Source: Candidatus Omnitrophota bacterium
Lineage (GTDB): Bacteria; Omnitrophota; Gorgyraeia; Gorgyraeales; Gorgyraeaceae
DNA length: 64,000 nucleotides
Assembly: GCA_043821705.1 (NCBI GenBank)
Contig: JBDRCN010000045.1
Coordinates: 22,400 to 86,399 of the forward strand
Reading direction: 5' to 3'
Under the pieces are notes generated by a model, which made no database searches, was not told the origin of the DNA, and saw nothing but the letters and a program-made list of their open reading frames with translations. The position numbers and the translations under genes are program-made. Positions 42,610 through 51,672 of this stretch are shown piece by piece (positions within the stretch are counted from its first letter, which is position 1; the number at the start of each line of letters is the position of its first letter).

Positions 42610-43542
42610 TTATCTAAATCGCTTAGCTCGCTTTTTAAAAAAAAGTATGAGCGGCTCTATATAAGATGTGCCAGTGGACAGCTCCACTACATCAAGGTTC
42701 ATGGACCTAAAGAGTTTTTTTCTGTCTATTGTTATGCTCTCTTGTCTTTTTTTAAGCTCTTTCCTTAAGATCTCATCCCCAGTATCTATAGATAACATCT
42801 CTCCTGTCTCAGCATCCTCAAATTCTACCAGGCCTATGTCCGGAAGATCCTTTTCTCTCGCATCAGAGATAGATATACCTATAATATCGTGCCTTTTATT
42901 TAAGATCCTCAGGAGCTTTTCATATCCTTTATCCATAAAATCAGATATTAAAAATACTATCGAGCGTTTTTTTAATATCCTTGCCAGATACTCAAGGGCA
43001 TTCTCTATACTAGTCCCTTTTTTTCTGGGTTTATAATATAGGACCTCTCTTATGACCCTAAGCACATGCATCCTGCCTTTTTTAGGAGGAATGAACTTTT
43101 CAACCTCGTCAGTAAAAAGCAAAAGCCCTACCTTATCATTGTTCTTTATTGCGCTAAATGCCAAGATAGAAGCAATCTCAGCCATGATCTCAGATTTTAA
43201 CTTACTCCTGGTGCCAAACTTCCCAGACCCGCTCATATCTGCCATGATGAGGACTGTAAGCTCTCTTTCTTCTATGAACTTTTTTACATATGGATGGCCT
43301 GTGCGAGCAGTGACATTCCAGTCTATAGAACGTATATCATCTCCTGGCACATATTCCCGTACTTCATGGAATTCCATGCCTCTTCCTTTAAACACAGACT
43401 CGTACTGACCTCCGAAAACATCAGTTACAAGTTTCCCAGTCTGTATCTCTATACGTTTTATTTTTTTTAGGATCTCTTTTGGGATCATAAAAACCGTGAA
43501 CCGTGATGCGTGAACCGTGATTCGCGATCTGTTACGAATCAC
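42610..43542 (-). CDS. DUF58-family protein (MoxR partner)
   Basis: Operon position directly after the MoxR ATPase. The likely true start is MIPKEILKK at about 43487. Confidence 0.6.
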   Translation of the reverse strand: MIRNRSRITVHASRFTVFMIPKEILKKIKRIEIQTGKLVTDVFGGQYESVFKGRGMEFHEVREYVPGDDIRSIDWNVTARTGHPYVKKFIEERELTVLIMADMSGSGKFGTRSKLKSEIMAEIASILAFSAIKNNDKVGLLLFTDEVEKFIPPKKGRMHVLRVIREVLYYKPRKKGTSIENALEYLARILKKRSIVFLISDFMDKGYEKLLRILNKRHDIIGISISDAREKDLPDIGLVEFEDAETGEMLSIDTGDEILRKELKKRQESITIDRKKLFRSMNLDVVELSTGTSYIEPLILFFKKRAKRFR

Positions 43543-43566
43543 GAATTACGAATTACGCATTACGAA
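43493..43566. repeat. Tandem heptanucleotide repeat array in two opposed blocks (ACCGTGA x5 / TACGAAT x5), DUF58-moxR spacer
   Basis: accgtga accgtga tgcgtga accgtga ttcgcga tctgt tacgaat cacgaat tacgaat tacgcat tacgaat. Confidence 0.8.
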
Positions 43567-44604
43567 TTATGGGACTTCTATTTCATCGAATATCTTCTTT
43601 ACAATGATCTCGCTGGTCACTTCTTCTGCTTCTGCTTCGTAAGTAGTGAGCACTCTATGACGGAGTACGTCCATGCCTATTATCTTCACATCTTCTGGTA
43701 TAACATAACCTCTGCCTCTTATAAATGCATGCGCCTTGCTAGCAACATTAAGGTATATAGTTGCTCTGGGAGAAGCGCCATAAGCAATAAAATCCTTAAC
43801 ATCTATCTTATATTCCTCAGGGCAGCGCGTAGCATAGACTATGTTGACTATGTAATCTTTTATCTTATCATCCATATAGACATTATTTACAATATCCCTT
43901 GCCTCGAGTATCTCTTCAGGAGATATGACAGGATTTACTTTCTCTACTTTTTTGCCTGCCATCCTTTCCATTATAAGGCGTTCCTCTCTTTTATCAGGAT
44001 AATCTATCTTTATCTTTAGCATAAAGCGATCTACCTGCGCTTCTGGAAGAGGGTAAGTGCCTTCCTGTTCTATTGGATTCTGAGTAGCAAGGACTAAAAA
44101 AGGTTCCTCTAATAGGAATGTATTTTCACCTATTGTGACCTGTCTCTCCTGCATTGCTTCCAGAAGCGCGCTCTGCACCTTGGCAGGAGCTCTATTTATC
44201 TCATCAGCAAGTATGAGATTTGAAAAAATAGGGCCTTTTTTTGTAGTGAATTGCCCGTCTTTAGGGTTGTACACTAGCGTTCCTAGAAGATCTGCTGGTA
44301 AGAGATCTGGTGTAAACTGTATCCTCTGGAATTTAGTCTTTATACAGCTTGAAAGTGTCTTTACAGCTAGGGTCTTGGCGAGGCCTGGCACACCTTCTAT
44401 CAGGATATGACCATCTGCTAAAAGCGCCACTAAAAGCCTTTCAGTAAGATATTTCTGCCCGACTATCACCTTTGAAAGTTCATTGTTCAATTGTTGGATG
44501 ATAATGCTTTTTTCTTTTACTTTCTCATTGATAGCTTTAATGTCCTGACCGTATCTAGATTCTGACATACATACCTCCTTATATGTTTTTAAGTAGATTC
44601 CCAT
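43567..44604 (-). CDS. moxR: MoxR-family AAA+ ATPase
   Basis: Walker A GVPGLAKT, LILADEINRAPAKVQSALLEAMQE, typical MoxR length. Confidence 0.8.
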   Translation of the reverse strand: MGIYLKTYKEVCMSESRYGQDIKAINEKVKEKSIIIQQLNNELSKVIVGQKYLTERLLVALLADGHILIEGVPGLAKTLAVKTLSSCIKTKFQRIQFTPDLLPADLLGTLVYNPKDGQFTTKKGPIFSNLILADEINRAPAKVQSALLEAMQERQVTIGENTFLLEEPFLVLATQNPIEQEGTYPLPEAQVDRFMLKIKIDYPDKREERLIMERMAGKKVEKVNPVISPEEILEARDIVNNVYMDDKIKDYIVNIVYATRCPEEYKIDVKDFIAYGASPRATIYLNVASKAHAFIRGRGYVIPEDVKIIGMDVLRHRVLTTYEAEAEEVTSEIIVKKIFDEIEVP

Positions 44605-44608
44605 TACC

Positions 44609-44645
44609 CGTTATCCATTCCCCGTCTGCCCTCCGTAGCCAGCCT
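44609..44645. repeat. Heptanucleotide repeats (CCRTTAY x3-4) upstream of moxR
   Basis: ccattac ccgttat ccattcc ccgtctg. Confidence 0.55.
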
Positions 44646-44675
44646 TTTGAACTGCAATTCGTAAAGGCGTAGGAG
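44617..44675 (-). promoter_or_regulatory. Copy B of the conserved roughly 57-nt element, in the htpX-moxR spacer
   Basis: ACCCTCCTACGCCTTTACGAATTGCAGTTCAAAAGGCTGGCTACGGAGGGCAGACGG. Internal pairings CCCTCC/GGAGGG and GCCTTT/AAAGGC are possible. Confidence 0.45.
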
Positions 44676-44677
44676 GG

Positions 44678-45523
44678 TTACCCGTTTTTAAGTCTTTTAA
44701 CCCGTTCCTGAATAGGTGGATGTGTGCTAAAGAGATTTGCCAGCATATTCCCACTAAATGGGTTTACTATAAACAGGTGCCTAGTAGCATCGTTCGCATG
44801 CAATGGATAAGCCTTAGCGCCTTTTTCTAATTTCAATAGAGCGCTGGCCAAGCCATCGCTTGAGTGAGCGATCATAGCTCCTCTTTTATCAGCTGCATAT
44901 TCTCTTGAGCGGGATATTGCTAACTGTATCAATAGCGCTGCTATCGGAGCTAATATGATCATAAATAAATATCCCAGCGCATTTCCACTATCTCGGTTTG
45001 ACCTGGATCTCCCGCCAAATCCTCCTAATATCATGGCCCATCTTGCCCAGCTGGCAAGCATGGTAATAGCTCCTGCGATAGTCGCAGTCACAGTCATTAT
45101 AAGAGTGTCTCTGTTTTTTATATGAGAGAGTTCGTGCGCAATGACTCCTTTTAACTCATCTCTATTTAATAGATTCAATATACCTTGCATGACACATACT
45201 GCTGAGTGTTTAGGATTCCTTCCAGTGGCAAATGCATTAGGAGAAGCCTGCGGCGCAATATAGATCTTTGGCATAGGGATGTTCGCTTCTGTCGCAAGTT
45301 CATTTACCATATTATATAATTCAGGCACTTCATTTGGCTCTATTTCCTTCGCGCCATACATCTTTAAGACGATCTTATCGCTAAACCAATATGCGCCCAC
45401 ATTCATAATAATAGCGAACATGAATGCCATGCTCGCTCCTCCTTGTCCGCCAAAATATCCACCTACCCAGACAAAAAGCATTGTCAGTATTACTAATAAA
45501 AACGTGGTCTTTATATAATTCAT
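44678..45523 (-). CDS. htpX: HtpX-like M48 zinc metalloprotease (membrane)
   Basis: HELSHIKNRD HExxH motif, 4 TM segments, conserved C-terminus. Confidence 0.8.
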   Translation of the reverse strand: MNYIKTTFLLVILTMLFVWVGGYFGGQGGASMAFMFAIIMNVGAYWFSDKIVLKMYGAKEIEPNEVPELYNMVNELATEANIPMPKIYIAPQASPNAFATGRNPKHSAVCVMQGILNLLNRDELKGVIAHELSHIKNRDTLIMTVTATIAGAITMLASWARWAMILGGFGGRSRSNRDSGNALGYLFMIILAPIAALLIQLAISRSREYAADKRGAMIAHSSDGLASALLKLEKGAKAYPLHANDATRHLFIVNPFSGNMLANLFSTHPPIQERVKRLKNG

Positions 45524-45527
45524 AATC

Positions 45528-46130
45528 TCACCTCTTCAGATATTTTTCCAGCGCACTCCAGGTCTGTGACCCGACCTTGCCATCCACCTTAAGGCCTTTT
45601 GTCTTCTGAAATTCCATGACAGCTTGTTTTGTGCGCTGTCCCATCTTACCGTCTATTGTCCCTGGGTCAAATCCTGCATTCTTCAGGGCAGTCTGTATAT
45701 CCTTGGTAGTAGGTTGGAATTCGGAAGTCTTATCTTCACTATAAGCGCTCCTCACTTCTACATCATATTCTTTCTTCATGCTTCTTTCTTCATTTGTCCG
45801 CCTTATATCTTCTATCTGTGTAAGAGTAAGCTTATTCACATATCCTGTGGATTTTATCCCGATGGATTCCTGAAATTCTTTAATAGCATCTCTGGTCTTC
45901 TGTCCCATCCTACCGTCTTTATTCCCAGTATCATAGCCAAAACCAGCCAAGACCACCTGTATCTCCTCAACCACTGGATTCACTATATCAGTAGTACCGA
46001 TAAGTTTTTCTTCCTCTTTCTGATACACCACAGATTTTGGCACTATATTGCAGCCAGAGAATGTTAATACCACTATTAAAAGTATAAAAACCTTAAAATT
46101 CTTATTCATGACGCCTCCTATTTCCAGCAT
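45528..46130 (-). CDS. Lipoprotein with two peptidoglycan-binding (PG_binding_1-like) repeats
   Basis: Lipobox LTFSGC; two repeats DGxMGQxTxxAxxEFQ. Confidence 0.55.
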   Translation of the reverse strand: MLEIGGVMNKNFKVFILLIVVLTFSGCNIVPKSVVYQKEEEKLIGTTDIVNPVVEEIQVVLAGFGYDTGNKDGRMGQKTRDAIKEFQESIGIKSTGYVNKLTLTQIEDIRRTNEERSMKKEYDVEVRSAYSEDKTSEFQPTTKDIQTALKNAGFDPGTIDGKMGQRTKQAVMEFQKTKGLKVDGKVGSQTWSALEKYLKR

Positions 46131-49100
46131 ATATGATCAAAATCACACCACCTGCATTTATTCATATCCCTTTCTGGAAGTTTTTCAAAATGTAGTTCCT
46201 GGATCCCTCTCCAGGCATTTTTAATTATCATGACCATCTCAGAGACCATATCTTCATTAAGTTCTACTTTAAATTCTACTGGTTCGCCTTTTTTTATGCC
46301 AAAACTGCGCACCTCGTCTTTCGAAGGCTCTACAAATACCAAGACTCCATGAGAAACTGAAAGATGCTTTTCTTCCCTCATCTTGTCTCTTTCATATAAA
46401 AGTTTATAACATACAAGCTGCCTAAGATAACCGTCACATGATTCATCTTCAAGGCTAGTGCATTTATATATACCTCTTGCATGTTTTTTTGGCTGGCCAG
46501 TCTTATAATCCACCACTCTTACCAGGCCATTTTCTTCATCCTCTAGCTCTAACTTATCATACTTGCCAGTGAATATTATCCCTTCGATATTAATAGGCAT
46601 GCGGTTCTCCAGCCCTATTGGCATGACTGGATCCTTGGATATTCTATTAAAAAATGTTTTCAGGTTATCAAATTGTTCGATAGAGCGCAATTCTATTGCC
46701 TTCTCTGGCCCCTGAAATTTCAATGCCTCCAGGAACCTGTCTTTAAAAAATTGAAAATCAGGGAATCTATTTGTCTTCATATAAGACCTGTATACATGTT
46801 CAAGCCCGCTATGGACAGAATTCCCAAAGATCAGGCTCTGTTTCTTTGAGCCTGGCAACATCAATACATTATCATACAGGAATTTCCTCCTGCATGATAG
46901 GTAATTATTTAAACTTGTAGGATTCAATGTCATATCCGCTACTAGATCCATGAGGATATCCTTAGTGCCAATAAAAGGGTCTAGTTTTTCAGTCATATGT
47001 AAAGATCCCAGAAGTATATCTTCCTCTTTTACGCTTCTTTCCTTTACAGGGAGCTTTAGATGATAGAGATAAGAGCTTGAGATCTGGTTTTCCTTTGGGC
47101 TTGATGAAAATATAATACTGCTTTTAGCCCTGCTTGTAGCTACATAGAACAGCCTGGTCTCGTCATAATATCGGAGGGTCTTTATCTTTTCCTTGCTATC
47201 AACCCTCTCGACTGTCTTTAATAGCTCTGGGGGCAAAGGTATCAAGTTAGGCCTAGGCCTAAGCGGCCAGCTCTTATCCTGGAGGCAGAAAGGTATTATC
47301 ACGCTATGAAATTCTTCCCCTTTCGAGCTATGAGCTGTTATGATCCTCACGCCATCCTGCGTCATTGTCACCAGGTTCCCTCTTACAGGAAGATCATGTT
47401 CATTCCTGGTCCTCAAGTCCTCTATCAGGTCTCTAAGAGAAAGTCCTGGGTTTGAGATGTCAGTTTCTTTTACCATGTTTATAAAAGAGCACAGCCCTCT
47501 AAGTTCTCTGAGCCTGATAATATCTTTTTTATCATACTTTTCTAAAATATATTTAAAAAGCCCTGAATCTTTTACATACTGCATCAATACAGTATGCACT
47601 GGTTTAAAAGGCGCTTCGGTCAAGATCTTCTTTAAAAGTTCTCTTGCCTTTGCCAAGGAAGGAGCAATATCCTTATCGTCAAAAAATTCCGAGACCAAGG
47701 TGACAGCTAGCTTTTGCCTTTTTTTCTTATTGACCTTATTTATAAATGATAAAATATCTTCGTGGGGGATCAAAAGATAATCTGAGACTAAAATATTATA
47801 AAGTATCCTCCCTCTATCTTCATAGTTCTCAGGATCAAGGCTCGCAAATTCCAAGAGATCCAGCATCTGCCTAACTCTAAATTCCCCTCTTATGTCTTCT
47901 TTCCCGTCAGTCGCATAAGGGATCCCGACTTGCAAGAATTTATCAATAAGTTTTAATATCAAAGACCTCTTTCTCACTAGTACTGCGATATTATTATAGG
48001 GGGACTTCTTTTCTTCTTTGGTCAAAGACTTTGAACTCTCGATCTCATCTTTAAGTTCTTTTATCCTTTCTACTAGAAAGATCATCTCTTCCTCTTCAGT
48101 AGTATATTCATAGAACTCTATCCTCTTTTTCTTAAAATCTTTTATAGGGATGAGCTTCTTCTCTCCTGTACGCTCTCCGACAGGGACCTCGCTTATAAGA
48201 TGCTGGGTAAGGTCTATGATCTCCTTTGTTGAACGATAATTATTTTTTAATGAGACTGTCTTTAATCTAGGGAATTTATTTTTAAGTTCTTTAAAATTCC
48301 CGATGCTGGCACCCTGGAATCTATATATAGACTGGTCATCATCTCCCACGCAGCATATATTAGGAGACCTGTCTTTTAATAAAGAGAATAGGAATTTCAA
48401 CTGGGCCCCATTAGTATCCTGGAATTCATCCACCATTATAAACTTAAACTGTTCCTGGTATCTTTTTTTAAGTGTGTCCTCATTGTTGAGCGATGTGGTC
48501 GCTAGCAAGATCATATCATCAAAATCATACCTACCTCGTGCATCGAACATCTCTTTATTATTTCCTTCTTTTATCTTCTCATATTGTTCATAGACCACTG
48601 CCAATGCGATTATCTTAGGGATATGCCTCTCTTCAACATACACCCCATCTGGTTTAAGTGCCTTACAGTATAATAAGAATTCTTCTGGGCTTATACCCTC
48701 TCTCTTCAGTTCCCCTATCCTAGCTTCTATCTCTCTTACATAAGTATATGGCGCCCTAAAAGGCCTTATATCAGACAGTCCTTTTGTATGATCAAGTATA
48801 TGCTCAATGGCCCTTATTTTTTCTATGTCAGTTATCTGTATCCTGTCCTGGAGATAATTAGCTGATTCTTCAGAATCCAGTATTATTGAGTTTGCAAAAC
48901 TATGGAATGTGCCTACTTGGACATCATAGCCCTTCATGCCTATTATTTTTGAAAGGCGTTCTTTCATTGCCTTAGCTGCTGCATTGGTATAGGTAAGTAT
49001 AAGTATATTTTCTGGGAGTGATTTTTTCTGGCGTATGATATTAGAAGCCCTTACAGAAAGAAGCTGGGTCTTGCCTGTGCCAGGACCAGCAAGGACTAAT

Positions 49101-49177
49101 AGAGGCCCCTCTAATGTATCCACTGCCTCTTTCTGTTCAACATTCAACTCGTTGTAGAACTTATCAAAACTAGACAC
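46118..49177 (-). CDS. UvrD/PcrA-family helicase fused to a C-terminal PD-(D/E)XK nuclease with a 4-Cys cluster (AddA/AddB-like helicase-nuclease)
   Basis: Walker A AGPGTGKTQ; the C-terminus has VVDYKTG and Cys residues at CYKLLY and NKCRWCDFDHICW. Confidence 0.7.
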   Translation of the reverse strand: MSSFDKFYNELNVEQKEAVDTLEGPLLVLAGPGTGKTQLLSVRASNIIRQKKSLPENILILTYTNAAAKAMKERLSKIIGMKGYDVQVGTFHSFANSIILDSEESANYLQDRIQITDIEKIRAIEHILDHTKGLSDIRPFRAPYTYVREIEARIGELKREGISPEEFLLYCKALKPDGVYVEERHIPKIIALAVVYEQYEKIKEGNNKEMFDARGRYDFDDMILLATTSLNNEDTLKKRYQEQFKFIMVDEFQDTNGAQLKFLFSLLKDRSPNICCVGDDDQSIYRFQGASIGNFKELKNKFPRLKTVSLKNNYRSTKEIIDLTQHLISEVPVGERTGEKKLIPIKDFKKKRIEFYEYTTEEEEMIFLVERIKELKDEIESSKSLTKEEKKSPYNNIAVLVRKRSLILKLIDKFLQVGIPYATDGKEDIRGEFRVRQMLDLLEFASLDPENYEDRGRILYNILVSDYLLIPHEDILSFINKVNKKKRQKLAVTLVSEFFDDKDIAPSLAKARELLKKILTEAPFKPVHTVLMQYVKDSGLFKYILEKYDKKDIIRLRELRGLCSFINMVKETDISNPGLSLRDLIEDLRTRNEHDLPVRGNLVTMTQDGVRIITAHSSKGEEFHSVIIPFCLQDKSWPLRPRPNLIPLPPELLKTVERVDSKEKIKTLRYYDETRLFYVATSRAKSSIIFSSSPKENQISSSYLYHLKLPVKERSVKEEDILLGSLHMTEKLDPFIGTKDILMDLVADMTLNPTSLNNYLSCRRKFLYDNVLMLPGSKKQSLIFGNSVHSGLEHVYRSYMKTNRFPDFQFFKDRFLEALKFQGPEKAIELRSIEQFDNLKTFFNRISKDPVMPIGLENRMPINIEGIIFTGKYDKLELEDEENGLVRVVDYKTGQPKKHARGIYKCTSLEDESCDGYLRQLVCYKLLYERDKMREEKHLSVSHGVLVFVEPSKDEVRSFGIKKGEPVEFKVELNEDMVSEMVMIIKNAWRGIQELHFEKLPERDMNKCRWCDFDHICWK

Positions 49178-49265
49178 GAAGGCTGTTCTCCTATTATTGA
49201 ATAGTATTTTATAACCTATATAGCCTATATGTCAAGTATAGAGAAATATCTCTTATCTAACGTGT

Positions 49266-49277
49266 TCAACGCGTTGA
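49266..49277. promoter_or_regulatory. Perfect 12-bp palindrome TCAACGCGTTGA in the divergent helicase / pilZ intergenic region
   Basis: Flanked by the AACGTGTT / AACGCGTT half-site repeat. Confidence 0.35.
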
Positions 49278-49323
49278 TTTTACATAAAACATAATGTATA
49301 CTTAGACAGATAAGGAAGACTAT

Positions 49324-49701
49324 ATGACAGAAAGAAGATATTTTAAGAGACATAAACTAAACTTTATTGTCTATTTTAAGGTCGACAGGCCGCTAGACAT
49401 AAAGATGTTGATAGGTGATAAACAAAAAAGCGCTAATATGGTAGACATCAGCGAGATAGGTATGGCTATCTTCAGTATCGATAAGATACCTGCCGGAACT
49501 ACGCTTTCCATCACCTTTACTATAATGGATATGTATGCAAAAAAACAAGAGGATAGGATCAAGACTATCAAGGTGCTGGGAAATATCCAAAATGTTGCAG
49601 CCGTAGGAAAAGGCTATAGGCTAGGGATACTGTTCAAATATATGGGCGAAAAGGATAAAGACCTATTAAAAAATTTTATAGAACTCGCTTCTAGAAAGTA
49701 A
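49324..49701 (+). CDS. PilZ-domain protein
   Basis: RRYFKRHKL (RxxxR) and DISEIGMAI (DxSxxG). Confidence 0.55.
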   Translation: MTERRYFKRHKLNFIVYFKVDRPLDIKMLIGDKQKSANMVDISEIGMAIFSIDKIPAGTTLSITFTIMDMYAKKQEDRIKTIKVLGNIQNVAAVGKGYRLGILFKYMGEKDKDLLKNFIELASRK

Positions 49702-49720
49702 CTAGGTATAATTTTAATAT

Positions 49721-51277
49721 ATGGCTAAAAAACGTGATGCATGGAAATCTAGAGTAGGTATCATAATGGCTGTTGCAGGAAGCGCAGTTGGGCTAGGGAA
49801 TTTCCTGCGTTTTCCAGTGCAGGCTGCACAGAATGGCGGCGGAGCGTTCATGATACCTTATTTTATCTCCCTCCTTCTTTTGGGGATACCTCTCATGTGG
49901 ATAGAATGGACTGTTGGAAGGTTCGGCGGAGGGTTCGGACACGGCACTGCGCCTGGCATGTTCCATACTATGTGGAAAAAGAACAGATTTATAAAATATT
50001 TCGGGGTCATAGGGATATTCGGGCCGCTAGTTATTTTTATTTACTATAATTATATCGCTTCATGGACCCTTGCGTATGCATTTTTCCAAGCTACAGGTAA
50101 ATATGGGCCTGATGTAAACCAGGAAGGGATGATGTCTCTTCTCAGGGGATTCCAGGGAATAGAGAAAAACAGTTTCTTCTCCAGCCTTCAATATGCATAC
50201 TTATTTTTTATTATAACATTTGCAGTAAATATCATCATAATCTATAAGGGCATCTCTGGTGGGATTGAAAAACTTTGTAAGATCGCCATGCCAACGCTTT
50301 TTATATTTGGGATAATAATCGCTATAAGAGTATTTATGCTTGGTACTCCTGACCCAGCAAAGCCAGATTGGAACATCATCAATGGCCTTGGGTTTTTATG
50401 GAACCCTGATTTTAAAGCACTCTGCAATGCCAAGGTATGGTTAGCAGCTGCAGGCCAGATATTCTTTACCCTCAGTGTCGGCATAGGCGTGATATTGACC
50501 TATGCTAGTTATCTTAAAAAGACGGATGACGTCGCGCTTTCTGGGCTCACAGCAGCGTCTGCAAATGAATTCGCAGAGATCATCTTAGGGTCCTCCATCA
50601 TAATCCCAGCAGCATTTGTCTTTTTTGGCCCGAATATGATACAAGATATAGCAGCAGGCGGGGCATTTAATCTGGGGTTCGTGACAATGCCTTTAATATT
50701 CCAAAAGATCGCGCTGAGTGCATTTTTTGGCTGTCTATGGTTTGGGCTTTTATTCTTGGCTGGTATCACTTCAAGCGTGTCACTGGCCCAGCCCACGATC
50801 GCATTCCTGGAGGATGAATTCAATATCTCTAAGAAAAAAGCAGTCCTAATCTTTGGCATAGTATCTTTTATACTCTGCCAGCCAGCAATATTTTTCTTAA
50901 AGAACGGGGTTGTAGATGAACTTGATTTCTGGGGAGGTACATTCTGCCTAGTGCTATTTGCCACAGTCGAGACTATTTTGTTCGGCTGGATATTCGGTAT
51001 TGAAAAAGCATGGGAAGAGATGCATCGTGGGTCTGACCTCAGGATACCAAAAATATATAAATTCATCATCAAATATATTACGCCTCTATTTTTGGTTTCT
51101 ATATTGGGTTTTTGGTTCTATCAGCAGGGTATCCCTACTATTTTAATGGAAGGTGTAAGCGAAGTTAATAAACCATACGTACTCGGGACCAGGATAATGC
51201 TGGTAGTCATGTTTATAACTCTCTCGATCCTAGTCAAGGTAGCATGGAGTAAACGTAAAGTAAGGGCTGAGAAATGA
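49721..51277 (+). CDS. Sodium:solute symporter of the SNF (neurotransmitter:sodium symporter) family
   Basis: N-terminus SRVGIIMAVAGSAVGLGNFLRFP and 11-12 TM segments. Confidence 0.8.
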   Translation: MAKKRDAWKSRVGIIMAVAGSAVGLGNFLRFPVQAAQNGGGAFMIPYFISLLLLGIPLMWIEWTVGRFGGGFGHGTAPGMFHTMWKKNRFIKYFGVIGIFGPLVIFIYYNYIASWTLAYAFFQATGKYGPDVNQEGMMSLLRGFQGIEKNSFFSSLQYAYLFFIITFAVNIIIIYKGISGGIEKLCKIAMPTLFIFGIIIAIRVFMLGTPDPAKPDWNIINGLGFLWNPDFKALCNAKVWLAAAGQIFFTLSVGIGVILTYASYLKKTDDVALSGLTAASANEFAEIILGSSIIIPAAFVFFGPNMIQDIAAGGAFNLGFVTMPLIFQKIALSAFFGCLWFGLLFLAGITSSVSLAQPTIAFLEDEFNISKKKAVLIFGIVSFILCQPAIFFLKNGVVDELDFWGGTFCLVLFATVETILFGWIFGIEKAWEEMHRGSDLRIPKIYKFIIKYITPLFLVSILGFWFYQQGIPTILMEGVSEVNKPYVLGTRIMLVVMFITLSILVKVAWSKRKVRAEK

Positions 51278-51370
51278 ATATATTAGGGTGGTTGATCTTT
51301 ATAATATCCTGGATAAGCATCATATCCTTAACGATATTCTGCTTCAGAAGGATACTCTCCAAGAAATAAA

Positions 51371-51556
51371 CTATTCGAAAGTTATTGCATCGACAGGACA
51401 TTCATCCTTTGCCTGTTTGCAGGTCTCTTCATTCTCAGGTGAAACTGTGCTACCTATTACTATAGCCTTATCTTCTTTCATCTGGAAGACTTCAGGACAT
51501 GTATTTACACATAAACCGCATCCAACACAAAGCTCTTCGTTCATTATTGCCTTCAT
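51371..51556 (-). CDS. Small 4Fe-4S ferredoxin
   Basis: CVGCGLCVNTCP ... C...CP. Confidence 0.7.
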   Translation of the reverse strand: MKAIMNEELCVGCGLCVNTCPEVFQMKEDKAIVIGSTVSPENEETCKQAKDECPVDAITFE

Positions 51557-51578
51557 TTTTTCCTCCTTAAATGAGCAC

Positions 51579-51611
51579 TCTAGTTATGAAAATTAAAAAT
51601 TTTCATAACTA
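51579..51611. promoter_or_regulatory. Perfect 33-nt palindrome/hairpin (15-bp arms) in the ferredoxin 5' leader, just upstream of the AAGGAGG RBS
   Basis: ctagttatgaaaatt aaa aattttcataactag. Confidence 0.5.
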
Positions 51612-51639
51612 GATCTTCTTTGTTCTTCTTCTTTGAACG

Positions 51640-51672
51640 TGCGAATATAGCTTTCTACCCTATAATTGTCAA
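51640..51672 (-). promoter_or_regulatory. Sigma70-like promoter (TTGACA-17-TATATT) upstream of the ferredoxin gene
   Basis: The minus strand reads ttgacaattatagggtagaaagctatatt. Confidence 0.5.

Noticed and set aside
40955-43566. Heptamer arrays as a CRISPR array
   Set aside because: Units are 7 nt with no spacers, there are no cas genes, and the arrays are scattered upstream of genes. They are not CRISPR.
51278-51370. Possible terminator hairpin between the convergent SNF-transporter and ferredoxin genes
   Set aside because: Only weak, imperfect inverted repeats could be found by eye. Not reportable.
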